NCBI GenBank assembly: GCA_044892525.1
Contig: CM097885.1
Span: 39,124,001-39,184,000 of the forward strand
Origin: Schmidtea polychroa
Lineage: Eukaryota
DNA: 60,000 bases
Direction: 5' to 3'
Positions 9,871 to 24,461 of the stretch are shown here, piece by piece; the first letter of the stretch is position 1; the number at the start of each line of letters is the position of its first letter. Made by a program: the position numbers and the translations under genes. The notes below the pieces were generated by a model that was not told the DNA's origin, searched no databases, and saw nothing but the letters and a program-made list of their open reading frames with translations.

Positions 9871-12800
9871 AATTTTTGTAAAAATTATTGTAAAATATAC
9901 TGAAATTTGTGATTTTGAAAGATATATCACGTTATAATTGCTATATAATTAGCTGAATCGATGAAGAATTATGATCAATCAATATATTTCATTTCTAGTT
10001 AGGTATTTGATGGTAAATGTGGTGAAATATTTGTAGAAAATATTGATTTTAGTGAATTTTGATTTTTTTAATGGGCTCTTACTACATGAATTTAGATACT
10101 AAATTATTTCAATGGACGGATGTCTGTAACAAATAAATAAAATTCATATTTTGAAGAATTTTCTATGGATTTTAAGAGAATTGATATATTAAAGGTCTGA
10201 TATATTAAAGTCGGTTGGTTAAGATGGTAATATACGATTTTTAAGGTGTTTAAAATGATAGAAATATTTGGTGAGGGATCGGTTAAGGTGGAAATGTTTG
10301 AAATCTCTATTTAAATCGACAATGTTCTTATTGGTAAAATTTTAAAGGGAAATAGTCAGTATTTAGCTATGAATTAATAATAGTTCCTGTGAAATTATAT
10401 CGTTTTAGAGGTTTATTAGGTTGTGATGAATGTTATTGCACAGTAATTTAGATTTATGTTTTAGAACCAGTTTTATATTAATTATCCATTGTTTTATTAA
10501 GTCGTTTAGGGTTAATGATCAATTTACTTGGTTTTCACAATGAAATATTTGAAATCTTTAGAATTAATTGGGATTGATATCAAAGGTTATTGCTTTAAAT
10601 TATTTACTTAAGAAGTTATTTTATTCATTGTGGGGACATCAGTGACAAAACTTGAGAAATATTGACTTAAAAGCTGGAAATCGACAACTAAAGAAAATTT
10701 AACTTTATTGAAGGAAATTTATGATTTTAATTAGAAATTAAATCGGTTGAATATCAGTTAATCTATTGAAGGAATATTATTATCGGATGGATAAATGATA
10801 TTTTGCTAAATTACCTTTGCTAAATATTATTTTAAATGACTAAAAATAACAAAATTAACCAATATTCATAAATTGATGATCCAAAATATCATTGTTTTGG
10901 TTACTCAAACATCTTAAATTTCTCGCAAAGATATATTACGTCTAATGATCATCTAATTAAATTAGAAAATAATTGTTACTTTATATTTCTAACTAATAAG
11001 CCCCTTAATTGGATAAATGATAACCATATTTCTATTATGACTCCTTTAATTATTTTTGCCTCAAACAAATTTACTCCAAATGATAAAGAATTTAAAATTA
11101 TCAATGAATAATGACCATGTTTTTCTCATATTATTATCTATTGTAACGAACATTAGATGAATAAATTAATTTTTGCTTTAAATGACTACAAAGTTAACCA
11201 ATAAATTAGTCGCTCGACATAAGTGTAAAGTTACATTTAAAATATTCACAAATTTCTGATTATCTTACCTAAGAATTTCTAAATGATTAATATTGCGACT
11301 TGTTGAGTGTGACCAGTACCCTTGCTAGCATTACCCATAGGGGGACAGAATATTTTGTCGGATAAACTAGGAGTATATGGTCTTTATTGATATATCAAAA
11401 TACTGTTATTTATAAATCAACTAAAAATACTCAAAAATACTATATTATTTTACTGAATGATACCTTAAATGTTTTTAATATACATATTTCTAAAATAAAT
11501 CAACAGTTCAAACCAACAACATGTATGCAAGATCACCCATTGTTAATTTATTTCCAGTGTCACGTCCCTCAAAAATACCGTGAGTGTTTTAACAAAACTG
11601 AGCTCAAAGAAACTTTCCAGATAACAACTCACCTGAATGTTTTGAACAAAAATGAGCGAAATTGAGAACAAACGATTAGATGGCGATTAACTTCTGGCCA
11701 CAACCCTAACAATATGAAAATTAAGATTTTAATTATTGAATTCGTTGTTTTCTGCCTGGAAATACTAACAGAATATTTTTAATTCAAAGATTCTTCATTA
11801 TAAATTTTTGAATTTAAAAAATTAAATGAAGGATATATAAGTGTACATAAAATTATATAAAATTATACTATATTTATTAATAAATTTAGAATACATAAAA
11901 TTATACTATATAATAATGTTAATGTTTAAATATGCTTAAATAACTAAATTGTTTAAATATTTTTAAATAACTAAATTTAAATTATTTAAATATAATTCTG
12001 ATATAACGTTATTTCTTTCGTTTTAGTATCCATAAAGTAAGTAAATAAAGAATTTACTAAAATATTTTAATTATTTTACTTAGTAATGAAGAAAATGAAT
12101 TATATAATTATGAAGAAGATGAACAAAATGGTGAAACACTAAATGACTTATGTTCGGGATTTAGAAATTTCTTATTAAAACATGAATTATAGAAGAAAAT
12201 GAACCAGACAAAATGGTGAAACATTGCTATGTTCTGGATTTCTTAAATGAATTAGCTGATTGTTGGGTGTCCTTCAACATGAATGTTTATTTAAATTATG
12301 TAAACTTTCAACGATTGTCAAGAAAAATGGGAAAAACCGATGTTTTAGACATTGTAAAGTACTAGTCATACCTGAAGAATATTATTATTAATGTAAGACA
12401 TGAATTAATTCTTTAAAATATATATATTATATTTAGGTATCTGTGTTTTATGGTGGGAAATGACATTGAAAAAGTATACCACAAATAACAGTTGCCTAAT
12501 TTATCAAGCCTGTGACGATAAAATGTTAGATAATGTAAGTTAATTGCTTTTAAATCAATATAAATTTTAGCAATGATAGTTGACGCCGCATCAGAAACTA
12601 AGAAATACGTCCAATTTGCAAGATGTATTCCATGAAATCACTATCAAATGGCCTGATGGAGAGATTAATTTTGAGATAGATTACCAACAGAAGAGCGAGA
12701 AAAATTTGTAAATTAAATATAATAGGGTTGGGTGGGTCCTCTTTATCCCTTAATTAATATATATTTACAAGCTGATCGTCGTGGTGGGCGGTTGTAATCC

Positions 12801-13180
12801 AACTAGTGGGAGGCCTCTGTAAATATATATTTGTGTTAGTGAAAACATTAATTAATTTGGTTATAGTGCCAATGACGCATGTATTTTGAAATTATACGTT
12901 TCGAATGTGCTGGTAGTTGACTACCCATGCTAGGCGTAATGTTCCATACTGAAAACTATAATGCCCAGGTTCTTCTGACCCCACTTGGGGGAGGCACAGA
13001 CGACCCTTGTGGACGCGAACAAATATCCACCGTGTCTTTCAGGCACAGATATTTGGTCACTGCTCATTAGGCCTGGCAATACTAAATGCATACACTTTGC
13101 CTTGTCCTCTCTTGTCTTGATTTTTATCGTTTAAATATAAAAGTGTGTGTGATAGGTTTTATTTACTAACCTTAATTAAT

Positions 13181-15036
<1,856 letters not shown>

Positions 15037-15322
15037 ATGAATGACCCCCCTCAAAATCATATAGTCATTACCCATTACCTAAGCATACTAAATTAACTTA
15101 TCTTAATATATATTTAACTTATATTATATTTTAAAATATAAATTGAAAATTTTCATAAATGACCCCCCTTCAAATCATGTAGCCATTAACTATTCCTTAG
15201 GTATACTGAATTGTATCATCTTCGTATAGAGTTAAATTATATTTCAAACCAAAAAAATAATTCCATAATTTTTCGTAAATGATCCCCCCATATGTAGTAA
15301 TCTTATAAAAATATAAATTTAC

Positions 15323-15411
<89 letters not shown>

Positions 15412-17039
15412 GTATTGTTACCAGTAACATTATCACTCTTATTATTATTATTACTATTATCATTATTATTATAATATTAAAATAATTATCTTTATTTCAT
15501 GAAAATAAAATTATAAAACAAATTATTGATTTTGGGATTCCCCTATCTCTAAATTTAGCTTCAATGACCCTATCTTCCAATAAAATTATAGAAAACCACT
15601 AAAATCTATTTTTAGTAACAGCCCCCCCCAGAAAACGACGACAATATTAATAATTTAAATTAAATATATAAATATGTATATATGTGTGTATGTATATATA
15701 GATTTATAAAATAACCTTAAACCACCTTTCCCCTTAAAGATCCCAAGTTGTATAATAACAAGAATTAAGGTTATTGCTAGTCGTCCCATAATCCTAAAAT
15801 TTTTTTTCAATTTTGCATGTATTATTATTCTCATTATTATCCTTAGTGTTATTATTAGTACTACGATTATTATTATCATCATTATTATTATTATTACTAT
15901 TATTATTATTACTGCAATCAATGTTATTATTATTATAAATAGAATAAGAAAGCATAAGAATAAATGAATAAAAAGAAAAAAATAACTAAACAAAATAGGA
16001 ACTTTTATTGTGCAAATTGTTCATTTTGAGAGCCGATAGAATTCCAATAATGAATGGAAATTCACCTTTTCCTGAAAAGTTTACTAAGTAATTTATACCC
16101 GTGTGCTCCGACTAGTGTTTTTATTTCAGGTTTAAAATCGATTTCAGTTGTAAACTTTCCGTTCAAATATTTAAAAATAAGCCTCTCCACAATCTACTAA
16201 AATAGCCACAGCGAGTGACCAGAACCTAAAAAAGGGAACAATTCCTGCTAACTTGTACCTGAAAAATTAGTGAAAATAAATGTAACAATATAAATTACCA
16301 AACTGAACGAGTAGAAATGTGGATCATGCCGGTGATGACTGCCACAACTGAGGAAGAAGCAAGCATTTCGAAAACAAAGTTCGATGCTAGTGCTTCTTTC
16401 TCAGCGAGGTCGCATACAGTGGCGATTTCATAAATAATTACTTAAAAAATTTAAATCCTAAATAAATATAAAAATTTGAATTCACCGCTTTGGAGTGATA
16501 AGTAAATGACTGTTACGTCATCATTTAAAACAAATATTTAATAATATAACTTAATTTATTAATTTAAGTTAAAGATTTATTACTTTAATTTGTTATAAAA
16601 TTTTAATTTTTCACTAACTTAATTTATTAATTCGGGTTAAAGATTTATTACTTTATTATAAAATTTTAATTTTTCCGATGGAATATTAGTTTTAGGCTAA
16701 ATTAATATAAGATTAAAATTTAGACTAGTTGCAAATTTTCGTGGAATGGTGTGATAAGGCGGTCTAAGTAGCTTGTCGGGATGGGTTGACAGAGTGGACC
16801 AGACGCGATGAGCATTTAAACCATAATTAAGTAGGGCAATGAACAACTTTAGGTAACGAATCTCATTTAGATGTCAGACGCAAGGAGATCCAACGAAGAC
16901 GGAAAAGTTGGCCCATCTTCAGGGAAGGTAGGACAGATTGACCCATGAATAATGATGATTTAAACGAATGGTGGGGTGAGCTGACACCGTGGAAGAATAC
17001 AAGACACGTTAACAGGTTATCAGGAGCACTATCCGACGA

Positions 17040-18127
17040 CAGGGACCATGTAAAGCGGACATAAACCTTCTAACGGTAGTCCGTGAACCCAAAGGAGTGC
17101 TCAACAATTACAGTGCAAGTAGTGCGCTCACTTTTTGCGAGCACTCACCCTCTTGATACAGTACCAACGTTGATCGCTCAACGGGTATCAAGCGGTAAAC
17201 AATGTTGTATCTTGGGTTACGCTGGTAACAGCACTAAAGAGCAAAATATTTGATCATCAGTAACCCACCAATTGAATTACTTTTCGAATGATACCTATAT
17301 TATATAGTTTTTAAAATGTTGAAGGTTTTTAACTTTTTGAAGGTTAAGGATACACCTTAAACCTTCAAGGGTATGACCATTGGATAAAGCTCTTCAAGAA
17401 CTTTCGAATGATACCCATAAAGGTTGGCATCATTTGACTTTTTTAAAATATGAATTTAAAATTGAAACAAGTCACCCTCAATGAGTCACCATGATGAGTC
17501 ACTCCTGATGAGTCACGTGGATTAGTCATGCGCGATGATCCATCGTCGTGTCCTTTAAATGAGTCATCGATGAGTCATGTGTCTTTTTTAACGATGAGTC
17601 ATGCAGCACACTTTATCTACTTACGTGAAAAAAATGTTAGAAATGTAATCTTTAACCATTGATTCTGACTAGCCTCATTTCGGTCAATGTGAAATTCTGA
17701 AGTCAAACTCCCAGAGATAAGATGTTTTATTAACTACTCTATTTGTCTTATAGCGCAAGATTTGGATCCTACCGAGACTCTTATCATATGTTACTTGATC
17801 TAGCGGTGGATGTCCTCCATCAGGTGACACAATGTAGAGCAGTCGCTCATCGGGCCATTTCTTTGGCCAGTGGACGACTTCACAAGAAGTAAGGGATGAC
17901 TTTTGGTGGGTTACAGGTGGCCGAATGATTAAGTGCTGCTACCAGCGTAACCCAACATGCAACATTGTTTTTCCGCTTGGTACCCGTTGAGTGATCAACG
18001 TTGGTACTGTACCAAGGGTTGAGTACCCGCAAAAAGTGAGCGCATCAACGCACTATAATTGTCGAGTACTCCACGGGTTCACGGACTACCGTTAGAAGGT
18101 TTGTGTCCGATTTCCTCAGGTCCCCTA
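17040..18127. repeat. ~200-bp inverted repeat (about 85% identical arms) enclosing a ~700-bp spacer
   Basis: AAACCTTCTAACGGTAGTCCGTGAACCC...GGGTTACGCTGGTA (17063-17227) versus TACCAGCGTAACCC...GGGTTCACGGACTACCGTTAGAAGGTTT (17940-18102). Confidence 0.95.
17480..17605. promoter_or_regulatory. Cluster of six TGAGTCA (AP-1-type) sites
   Basis: ATGAGTCA occurs six times in about 125 bp. Regulatory function is inferred. Confidence 0.55.
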
Positions 18128-18296
18128 TTCGAAATTGTTTTCCCAACTCTCAACACCTCGGTTTTCAGTCACTCAACGTTTGCAAACAATATACTTCATC
18201 CATTAATTTGACTAAATTTGTATTTAGACATTAGCAATAAACAACCAAAAAAAAACTCAATATATCTAGCACAAGTGACTGTTCACATCGCGGGAA

Positions 18297-18743
18297 TTAC
18301 ATTGGTGTAGGTTTTTCCTGTCGCTCATACTCGGCTAACCTAGCCTTCTTTAACTTCTCCCGGATGTTCCGTCCTAACCGCTTTCTTTTGGGTTTCTCTT
18401 TCGCGGCCGGAGGGTATATTGCTGCTAGTTCCACAGTCAACGGCCGGATTTGGCTTATGGCGGCTCCGTGAACTACTTGTTCATTTCGCTCGGTTTCTAA
18501 CGCGCGGAGCTGGAGCTTCAGTGCCCGGATCTCCATCTGATCCTGCGCGGCTTGAGCCTGCAGTTGAAGGACCTGCGCCACCTTCTTTTTCATATCCTCG
18601 GGACTAAACCAGGTGCTTTCTAGTTCCCGGCACCGTCCCTTGAGCTTGTCTACTCGTATGCGGAGCTCCTCGGCCTGTTTTTGGGCTTCTTCCCTGTCCT
18701 TTCGCAAATTTTCAAGTAGTTTGAACACTAGATAAAAATTCAA
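18297..18743 (-). CDS. Coiled-coil protein of the 'LE.TWFSP' family with a basic KPKRKR tail; 5' end uncertain (probably spliced)
   Basis: ELESTWFSPEDM aligns with ELEGTWFSPTQM at 46852. GC-rich open frame in AT-rich surroundings. Confidence 0.7.
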   Translation of the reverse strand: MNFYLVFKLLENLRKDREEAQKQAEELRIRVDKLKGRCRELESTWFSPEDMKKKVAQVLQLQAQAAQDQMEIRALKLQLRALETERNEQVVHGAAISQIRPLTVELAAIYPPAAKEKPKRKRLGRNIREKLKKARLAEYERQEKPTPM

Positions 18744-18945
18744 TGATTCATTCTTGCAGCATAACGCTCATTCCATTATATAATAAGATCAATATTATAA
18801 ATAAACATAGTTTCGGATATTAAGCACGCAATTCATAAGATAATTTATTGAAAGGAATAAAATAATTCGTCACTAAAATTAAAGTTTAATTAAGTCATAA
18901 CTGATGATAATTGCAAAAAAAAAATTTGACGATGAGTCAGGTCGG

Positions 18946-19302
18946 TCACTTGCGAGGCCTTCCCCTCTTCCGCGGGGTTGTCCCGGCCTCTTCTAGGTCC
19001 TCTACGGTTTTCCCTTCCTTGTTTGCCCGGATTTGCAAGTCGATTTTCCTCAATCGCATCTGGGCTGCTTCTACCTCGATGGCCGCTCGGTCGCGGGCCT
19101 CTTGCAAAAAATCGTTTGTGGGCTCTGTTTTTACCCACGCTGGGGCGTCCGGTTCCGGCGCACTCCTGATTACTGGGCCCCAGTTGTCGAGGTCCAAGCC
19201 CCGGTTCCAATCATGGATACGGTACCATATGTACCGTGTCCGGAGTCGTGTAAGCATCTGTCGGTCGGCTTCTTCGTTACTACCACTGTCAGAATAGGAC
19301 AT
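18946..19302 (-). CDS. 118-aa protein with a short coiled coil and a C-terminal AT-hook (RKRGRPRK)
   Basis: ATG preceded by a TTTTGTAG acceptor-like sequence; ends in a canonical RGRP AT-hook. Confidence 0.65.
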   Translation of the reverse strand: MSYSDSGSNEEADRQMLTRLRTRYIWYRIHDWNRGLDLDNWGPVIRSAPEPDAPAWVKTEPTNDFLQEARDRAAIEVEAAQMRLRKIDLQIRANKEGKTVEDLEEAGTTPRKRGRPRK

Positions 19303-20505
19303 TTCTACAAAAGAACAATCAAGCCACTTATACTGATTGTAATACGACGTTAAATACAGGATTTTGTTGACCCTTTTTCCCTTTAAGAATTTGAAAATAA
19401 AAAGAAATATTTTATTTTAAGACTAACATCTATAATCCTAGGAACAATAGAATGAAATTCCATATTTTGTCTACTAATAATCAAAAAAAATTTTATCAAC
19501 AATCCTCTTGTTTTAATTAGCTATTTTTCTCTAAATTTGTATTTATCACTAAGTGATCATTTAAATTATATTTTATGTATTTTAATTTAAATATTATAAC
19601 GAATTTGAAATTTCAGGGTTTAAATCTTTTGCCACTAAATTCGGGTACGCTGAGGCGACAGGTATTAACAACGAGCTTAGCTTCTCGTCTGCTTGCCTTT
19701 CCTTCGGTTGTACTCGTCATGAGTGGTATAGTCCGCTTTGATTTGCTTGTAAGTAGTTTAATTTTTTAACCATAGCTTTTCGATTTTAGAGATATTTGGT
19801 GGGAATCTTTCACTCGGGTGGAATGACCGGTTGTTCAAAGCCCTAATGGAATTTTATATGACTCTGTGTTGGTATCTTTAGTTTAATTTGTATTTAGTGG
19901 TGTTAGAAGTTTTGTTGAATAATTTTAATTTAGCATGTTCTTTGGCTAATCGCTTTTGATTTTTGTAAAATAAATTTTTGTCAGTTATCGATAATTCATG
20001 CGACTGATTCCGTGGAGTTCCACGGTTGGTATCGACTGTCCCAATGTATTCCTAGTCCTCAATGAATTGGTTTAGGTTAATGGAGGTTTTACCTGACTTT
20101 TAATTTCTGGGGCCGCTAAGTTAACTAAGATATATCCGTCACTGATGAGCCTGGGTTAAATTAACTTATTAGATACGTATAGTTACATACATTTACACAT
20201 GTCTATATGTGCGCACCTACTCATGTTATTATTGAATTAATAGTCCTAGCATTTTCTCCGAGGGGGGGGGGGGGGGGTTACTAAAAATAGATTTCTGGAA
20301 TTATGGTCATTTTTATTGGAGTAAAGGGGTAGGTTCTAAATTTAGTCGTGGGGGAAATCCTAAATCGATAATTCAATCAAATTTTGATTTTTGGAAATTA
20401 ATAATGAAATAATAGTAATAACAATAATGGTGATAATCATAATGTTGATAAGAATAACACTAGGGAGAATGATCATAGTAATAATTATGATAATAATAAA
20501 AAATG

Positions 20506-20553
<48 letters not shown>

Positions 20554-21985
20554 GTAATAATAATAATAGTAATAATAATAATAATAATACCAATAATAAT
20601 AATAATAATAGTAATAGTAGTAATAATAATAATGATAATAATATAGTAATAATAATAACATTCATAACACTAGGGGTAATGAGAATAATAGTAATAATGA
20701 TGGTAATATCAGCAATAATAACAATAATATTAGGGTTAATAATAATAATACTAGTAGTATAATTTTATATGGTACAATTCGAAGTTTATATTTCCCATTT
20801 TAGAGGTTCCTATTCTATGATTTAGGAAGTTACTTTTTGTAATTTACAAATTTCTGTTTCTAATTTAAAATTTTCTATTTTCCAATTTATAAATTTGTAA
20901 TTTCTAATTATATATATTATAGTCTGTAATTTAATCATTTATGACTTTATATTTTATATTTTATAATTTTATATTTTATACTTTATAATTTTATACTTTA
21001 CAATTTATAATTTTATATTTCGTAATTTATAAATTTATATTTTATAATTGCCAATTTTATATTTTATAATTTATAGTTTTTTAATTTTTTCAATTCGTAA
21101 GTTTATATTCTATAAATTCTAATTCTATATTTTATAATTTTATTTATGAGTTTGTACTTTGAAATTTTTTCGTTTTCTATTTCTACAATTTGTCACTTTA
21201 TTACTTCACCACTCGTCATTTCAGAATTCAGGGATTATAATTTTATATTCGACTCGTGTACTTCTTTACGAGTACCCCTTTTTTATCAACATTGTCTTCC
21301 GAAATTATTTGCAGATTTCTTGGTACTATTAGGTTATAATTTCAGAATATTGACGAATATACAGTCTATACATAACTAGTTCTAAGTTAATTGATCCTTA
21401 TGCTAAAATTTATCTACTACTATCCCCATCTGAAATTTGTTATCAAGACTTCTCCATTACCAATTTATAGTTTCAGGGTCGGTATGCTTTATATCTGAAA
21501 TCTTATAATTATCTACAACCTGCATTTTGATTATAATTAGTAAATTTTGTAATAAGTACTTATATCTTTATAAATTTTTAAGATGGCGCTTGTAATTTAG
21601 TCGGTTAGATTTGTAATATCTATAGGTAGACTGATTTTATTCACATAGTAATTAACCTCGAATTCCCAACTAGATGAAGTTATACCCACACCTATGCCGG
21701 ACACTATATCATTTCTATTACTTTGAGTTACTATAAATTCCTATTACCAAAACCGGATTCGGCATATGTTTAAGTACAACTGGAATTGCTATTATTGATC
21801 AACCGACTTCATTAAGGTGATTGTAGAATTGTGTAAGATTAGGTATGAGTTCTACTCAGATTAAGACCTTATTGTAGAGATATTTGACATGGATTTTTAA
21901 TGTTGATTTTAAATTTGTATTACGTGCAAGGTCGGGAAGAATATTGCTTCCATGGCCCCACTGTGACCACTTCCACAAACCTTAG

Positions 21986-23049
21986 TGTTGAGTTTTGAGT
22001 CAACCATTTACGGTCGACCTTACATAAATACAAAGAGTCAGGCGGAGGGTTTCCTCGACCTAACTCCATGGCAGGACCATGAAGTAGTTCGACCTCCGAA
22101 CTGACCCGAACAAAAAAGAGTGTTATAGATAATCATAATGCATGTGTGCATGAGAAATCGAATTTAAAATTATATGCAGGACCGATCAGAGACGTACTCA
22201 GACGCCGCTGATCCGTCGAGAATTACTAAACATAAAATCTTAAAAATATTTTTAATAGATAAAAGGTCGATATTAATATAATTACATAACATAAAATTAC
22301 AACAAATCAAAAGGCTTACTAATGATTCTCCAAAAAAATTTTTCAGCAAAATATTGGCATAAAGATTGATTTATGACCGAAACGTGTCGGTATATATACC
22401 TATTTTGTACACGTGTATGTATTGATGCATGAAAACAAACTCGAATTCTTTTTATTCCAGAATTTTCTATTTTACGATTTTGCTATTTTTAATGACAATT
22501 TTTGTGCCATAATTTTTGTTTTTATTTTTATATTTTTATTTTTTAATTATTTTTCGTTAATTTGCCGTCCATGATGGATTTGGAACGGTTCCAGAACATT
22601 CTATTTTGCTTTTAATTTAATTTTTATTTTGACTGATGTTTTGTGAATTTCTTTTTAAGATTTATTATTTTTAATACTAATTTATTTATTTCCTCTAACT
22701 TTTATTGTTCTAGCTGGCTTTTGTGATGGTCATCGCCATTTTAATGGAATGTTCTGGGCTTTTCTGGAATTTTTTCGGTTTTTATCGTCTTTTAAGTTGT
22801 TCGAGTCTGTTTTATGCTTATCTGTGTTTATTTGGTTGTTTTTGAGTTCTATTTTTGCATCACTTCTTGCTTTTGTATAATTTTATTTAATTTCTGTGTT
22901 TTAGGTTTTTGTTACTTTCTCCTTTAGTTAATATTGTTTATTTGATGTAATTTTAATATTTAACTAAACTTCTTGCTTTTGCATGTTGTGTACCTGCACC
23001 TTTCAGTCACAATTCAAGTTTGGGTCTAGAAGTCAGTTCTAGCCCAACA
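21986..23049 (-). mobile_element. Probable solo LTR (~1.06 kb) with TGTTGGGC...ACTCAACA termini
   Basis: Termini match those of the LTRs at 33952 and 44021. Flanks CTTAG / CTTTG give a 5-bp TSD with one mismatch. A-rich 5' part on the minus strand. Confidence 0.55.
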
Positions 23050-24461
23050 CTTTGTACATATCATCTGCCTTCGATCCCACGAATTCATCCTCTACCCATC
23101 CTCTACTGATAGTTTGGGGCTTTCTCCAAAAGAAGTTTATAAAAATTACAACAAAAAGAAATTAAATAAAAGATAAATATTTATTGGCTTATAAATTATG
23201 TTAAACACAATATAAAAATTACCGTCAAAAACATGCATAGAAATTTGTATAAATCTGAGGTAGGACCGATAAACTAAATGCAAAATATTTTGTTAGGTTA
23301 GCAGAGCTCAAAGTTCAAATAATGAATTTTCAGTTGGTCTTTTTACCAATTTGTGATTCCCGTCCACGTATTCCTTGACACTTTGACATTCAATAATTTT
23401 GTTTTCTTTATTATTTCTGTATTTCTTTAGAGATTTTCATGGGAATTTTTTCCATAATCCTAATTCAGATATTTTTTCTTATTTTCTCTTTTAACTTCTG
23501 CACTTTTTGTCATCGCTCCTTTGTATGTAAATACGAGCCATTACTTTCCTAATTAATTTGATTATGGTTCTTCATACTAAATACAACCAATAATCATTTT
23601 TAATTTCTGATTTTATTAATTCGTTCTTTTATTTTTTATTCTCTACTTTTCAAGTTGGCAGATTTTTAGAAAGTGTTTTTATGTTTGTAACTTCTTGTGT
23701 TGTACTCTACTTTGAATTATTTTGATGTATAATTATCTATTTTTATTCGACTTGTTGCGGTTTCCATCCTGTATTTACGACGCATTTAAACAAGTTCTCA
23801 ATTTTTCGGCTCTAGCCAAACACAAAGCCATAGATTATTTTCATATTATAGATGATGAATATCAGTCAAATTTAGTGTGATGGGCATAGTTTAGGTGTAC
23901 CGGGACCAATGTCAGCTGTTTTACTGTAAATGATATTTTCAAGGTCATTAAGAGTTAATTCAAGTTTTCCGCGTAATCTTAGAGATCCATGAAACTTTCA
24001 AAAGGCCGTTATTTTCGATTTTAGTCTCAACGAGAACTTATGCAAAAAAAGTTGAAAGAACTAACTAATTCACTGATATTATTCTTAATGTTTTCAATTT
24101 TAACTAGAACATTCATCAAAATAATTCAAATTTGAATACGAAACCACGAAAAAACAACAATCGGTTGCGCAACATAAATATAACAACCACAAATATGAAA
24201 GATATAAAACAAATCTTTAATTGTATAAAACAAATATAAAATTACTAAAAATTAGAAAATATTCCGAACAATATAAATCGTTTATAAGACAAAATTAAGT
24301 TTCCACATCACATCAATTTAACTATTCACATTTAACATATCAAATAAATATCACCCTAATATGGCCAAAATCGAAAACAAATTATAACATTAATTTATTT
24401 TGTGCTTTTTCGATTAATTTATAAGTTAATATTATATATAACTCCGGTATTACTAGTAACT

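Larger units (their letters stand above)
15325..21140. mobile_element. Large diverged palindromic (foldback-like) element; its left arm probably continues into 1-1294 across the Polinton
   Basis: Nested inverted homologies: 17040-17236/17932-18127, 16230-16460/19600-19830, 15530-15640/20250-20380, (ATT)n/(AAT)n, and the AT-rich arrays. Termini and TSD not found. Confidence 0.6.

Noticed and set aside
18419..19353. Overlapping alternative-frame ORFs (18419, 18890, 18911, 18978, 19033)
   Set aside because: Expected by-products of local high GC; only 18297 and 18946 have homology or motif support.
17505..20160. CTGATGAG hammerhead-core matches at about 17505 and 20142
   Set aside because: No stem II followed by GAAA at the required spacing.
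15197..20762. Poly-Ile, poly-Leu and poly-Asn ORFs (15197, 15655, 20360, 20391; also 2667)
   Set aside because: Translations of (ATT)n/(AAT)n microsatellites; no coding evidence.
22355..22392. GACCGAAACGTGTCGG resembling the 3' half of a Penelope-type hammerhead
   Set aside because: The CTGANGA core is absent (ATAAAGA) and stem II is weak; at best a relic.
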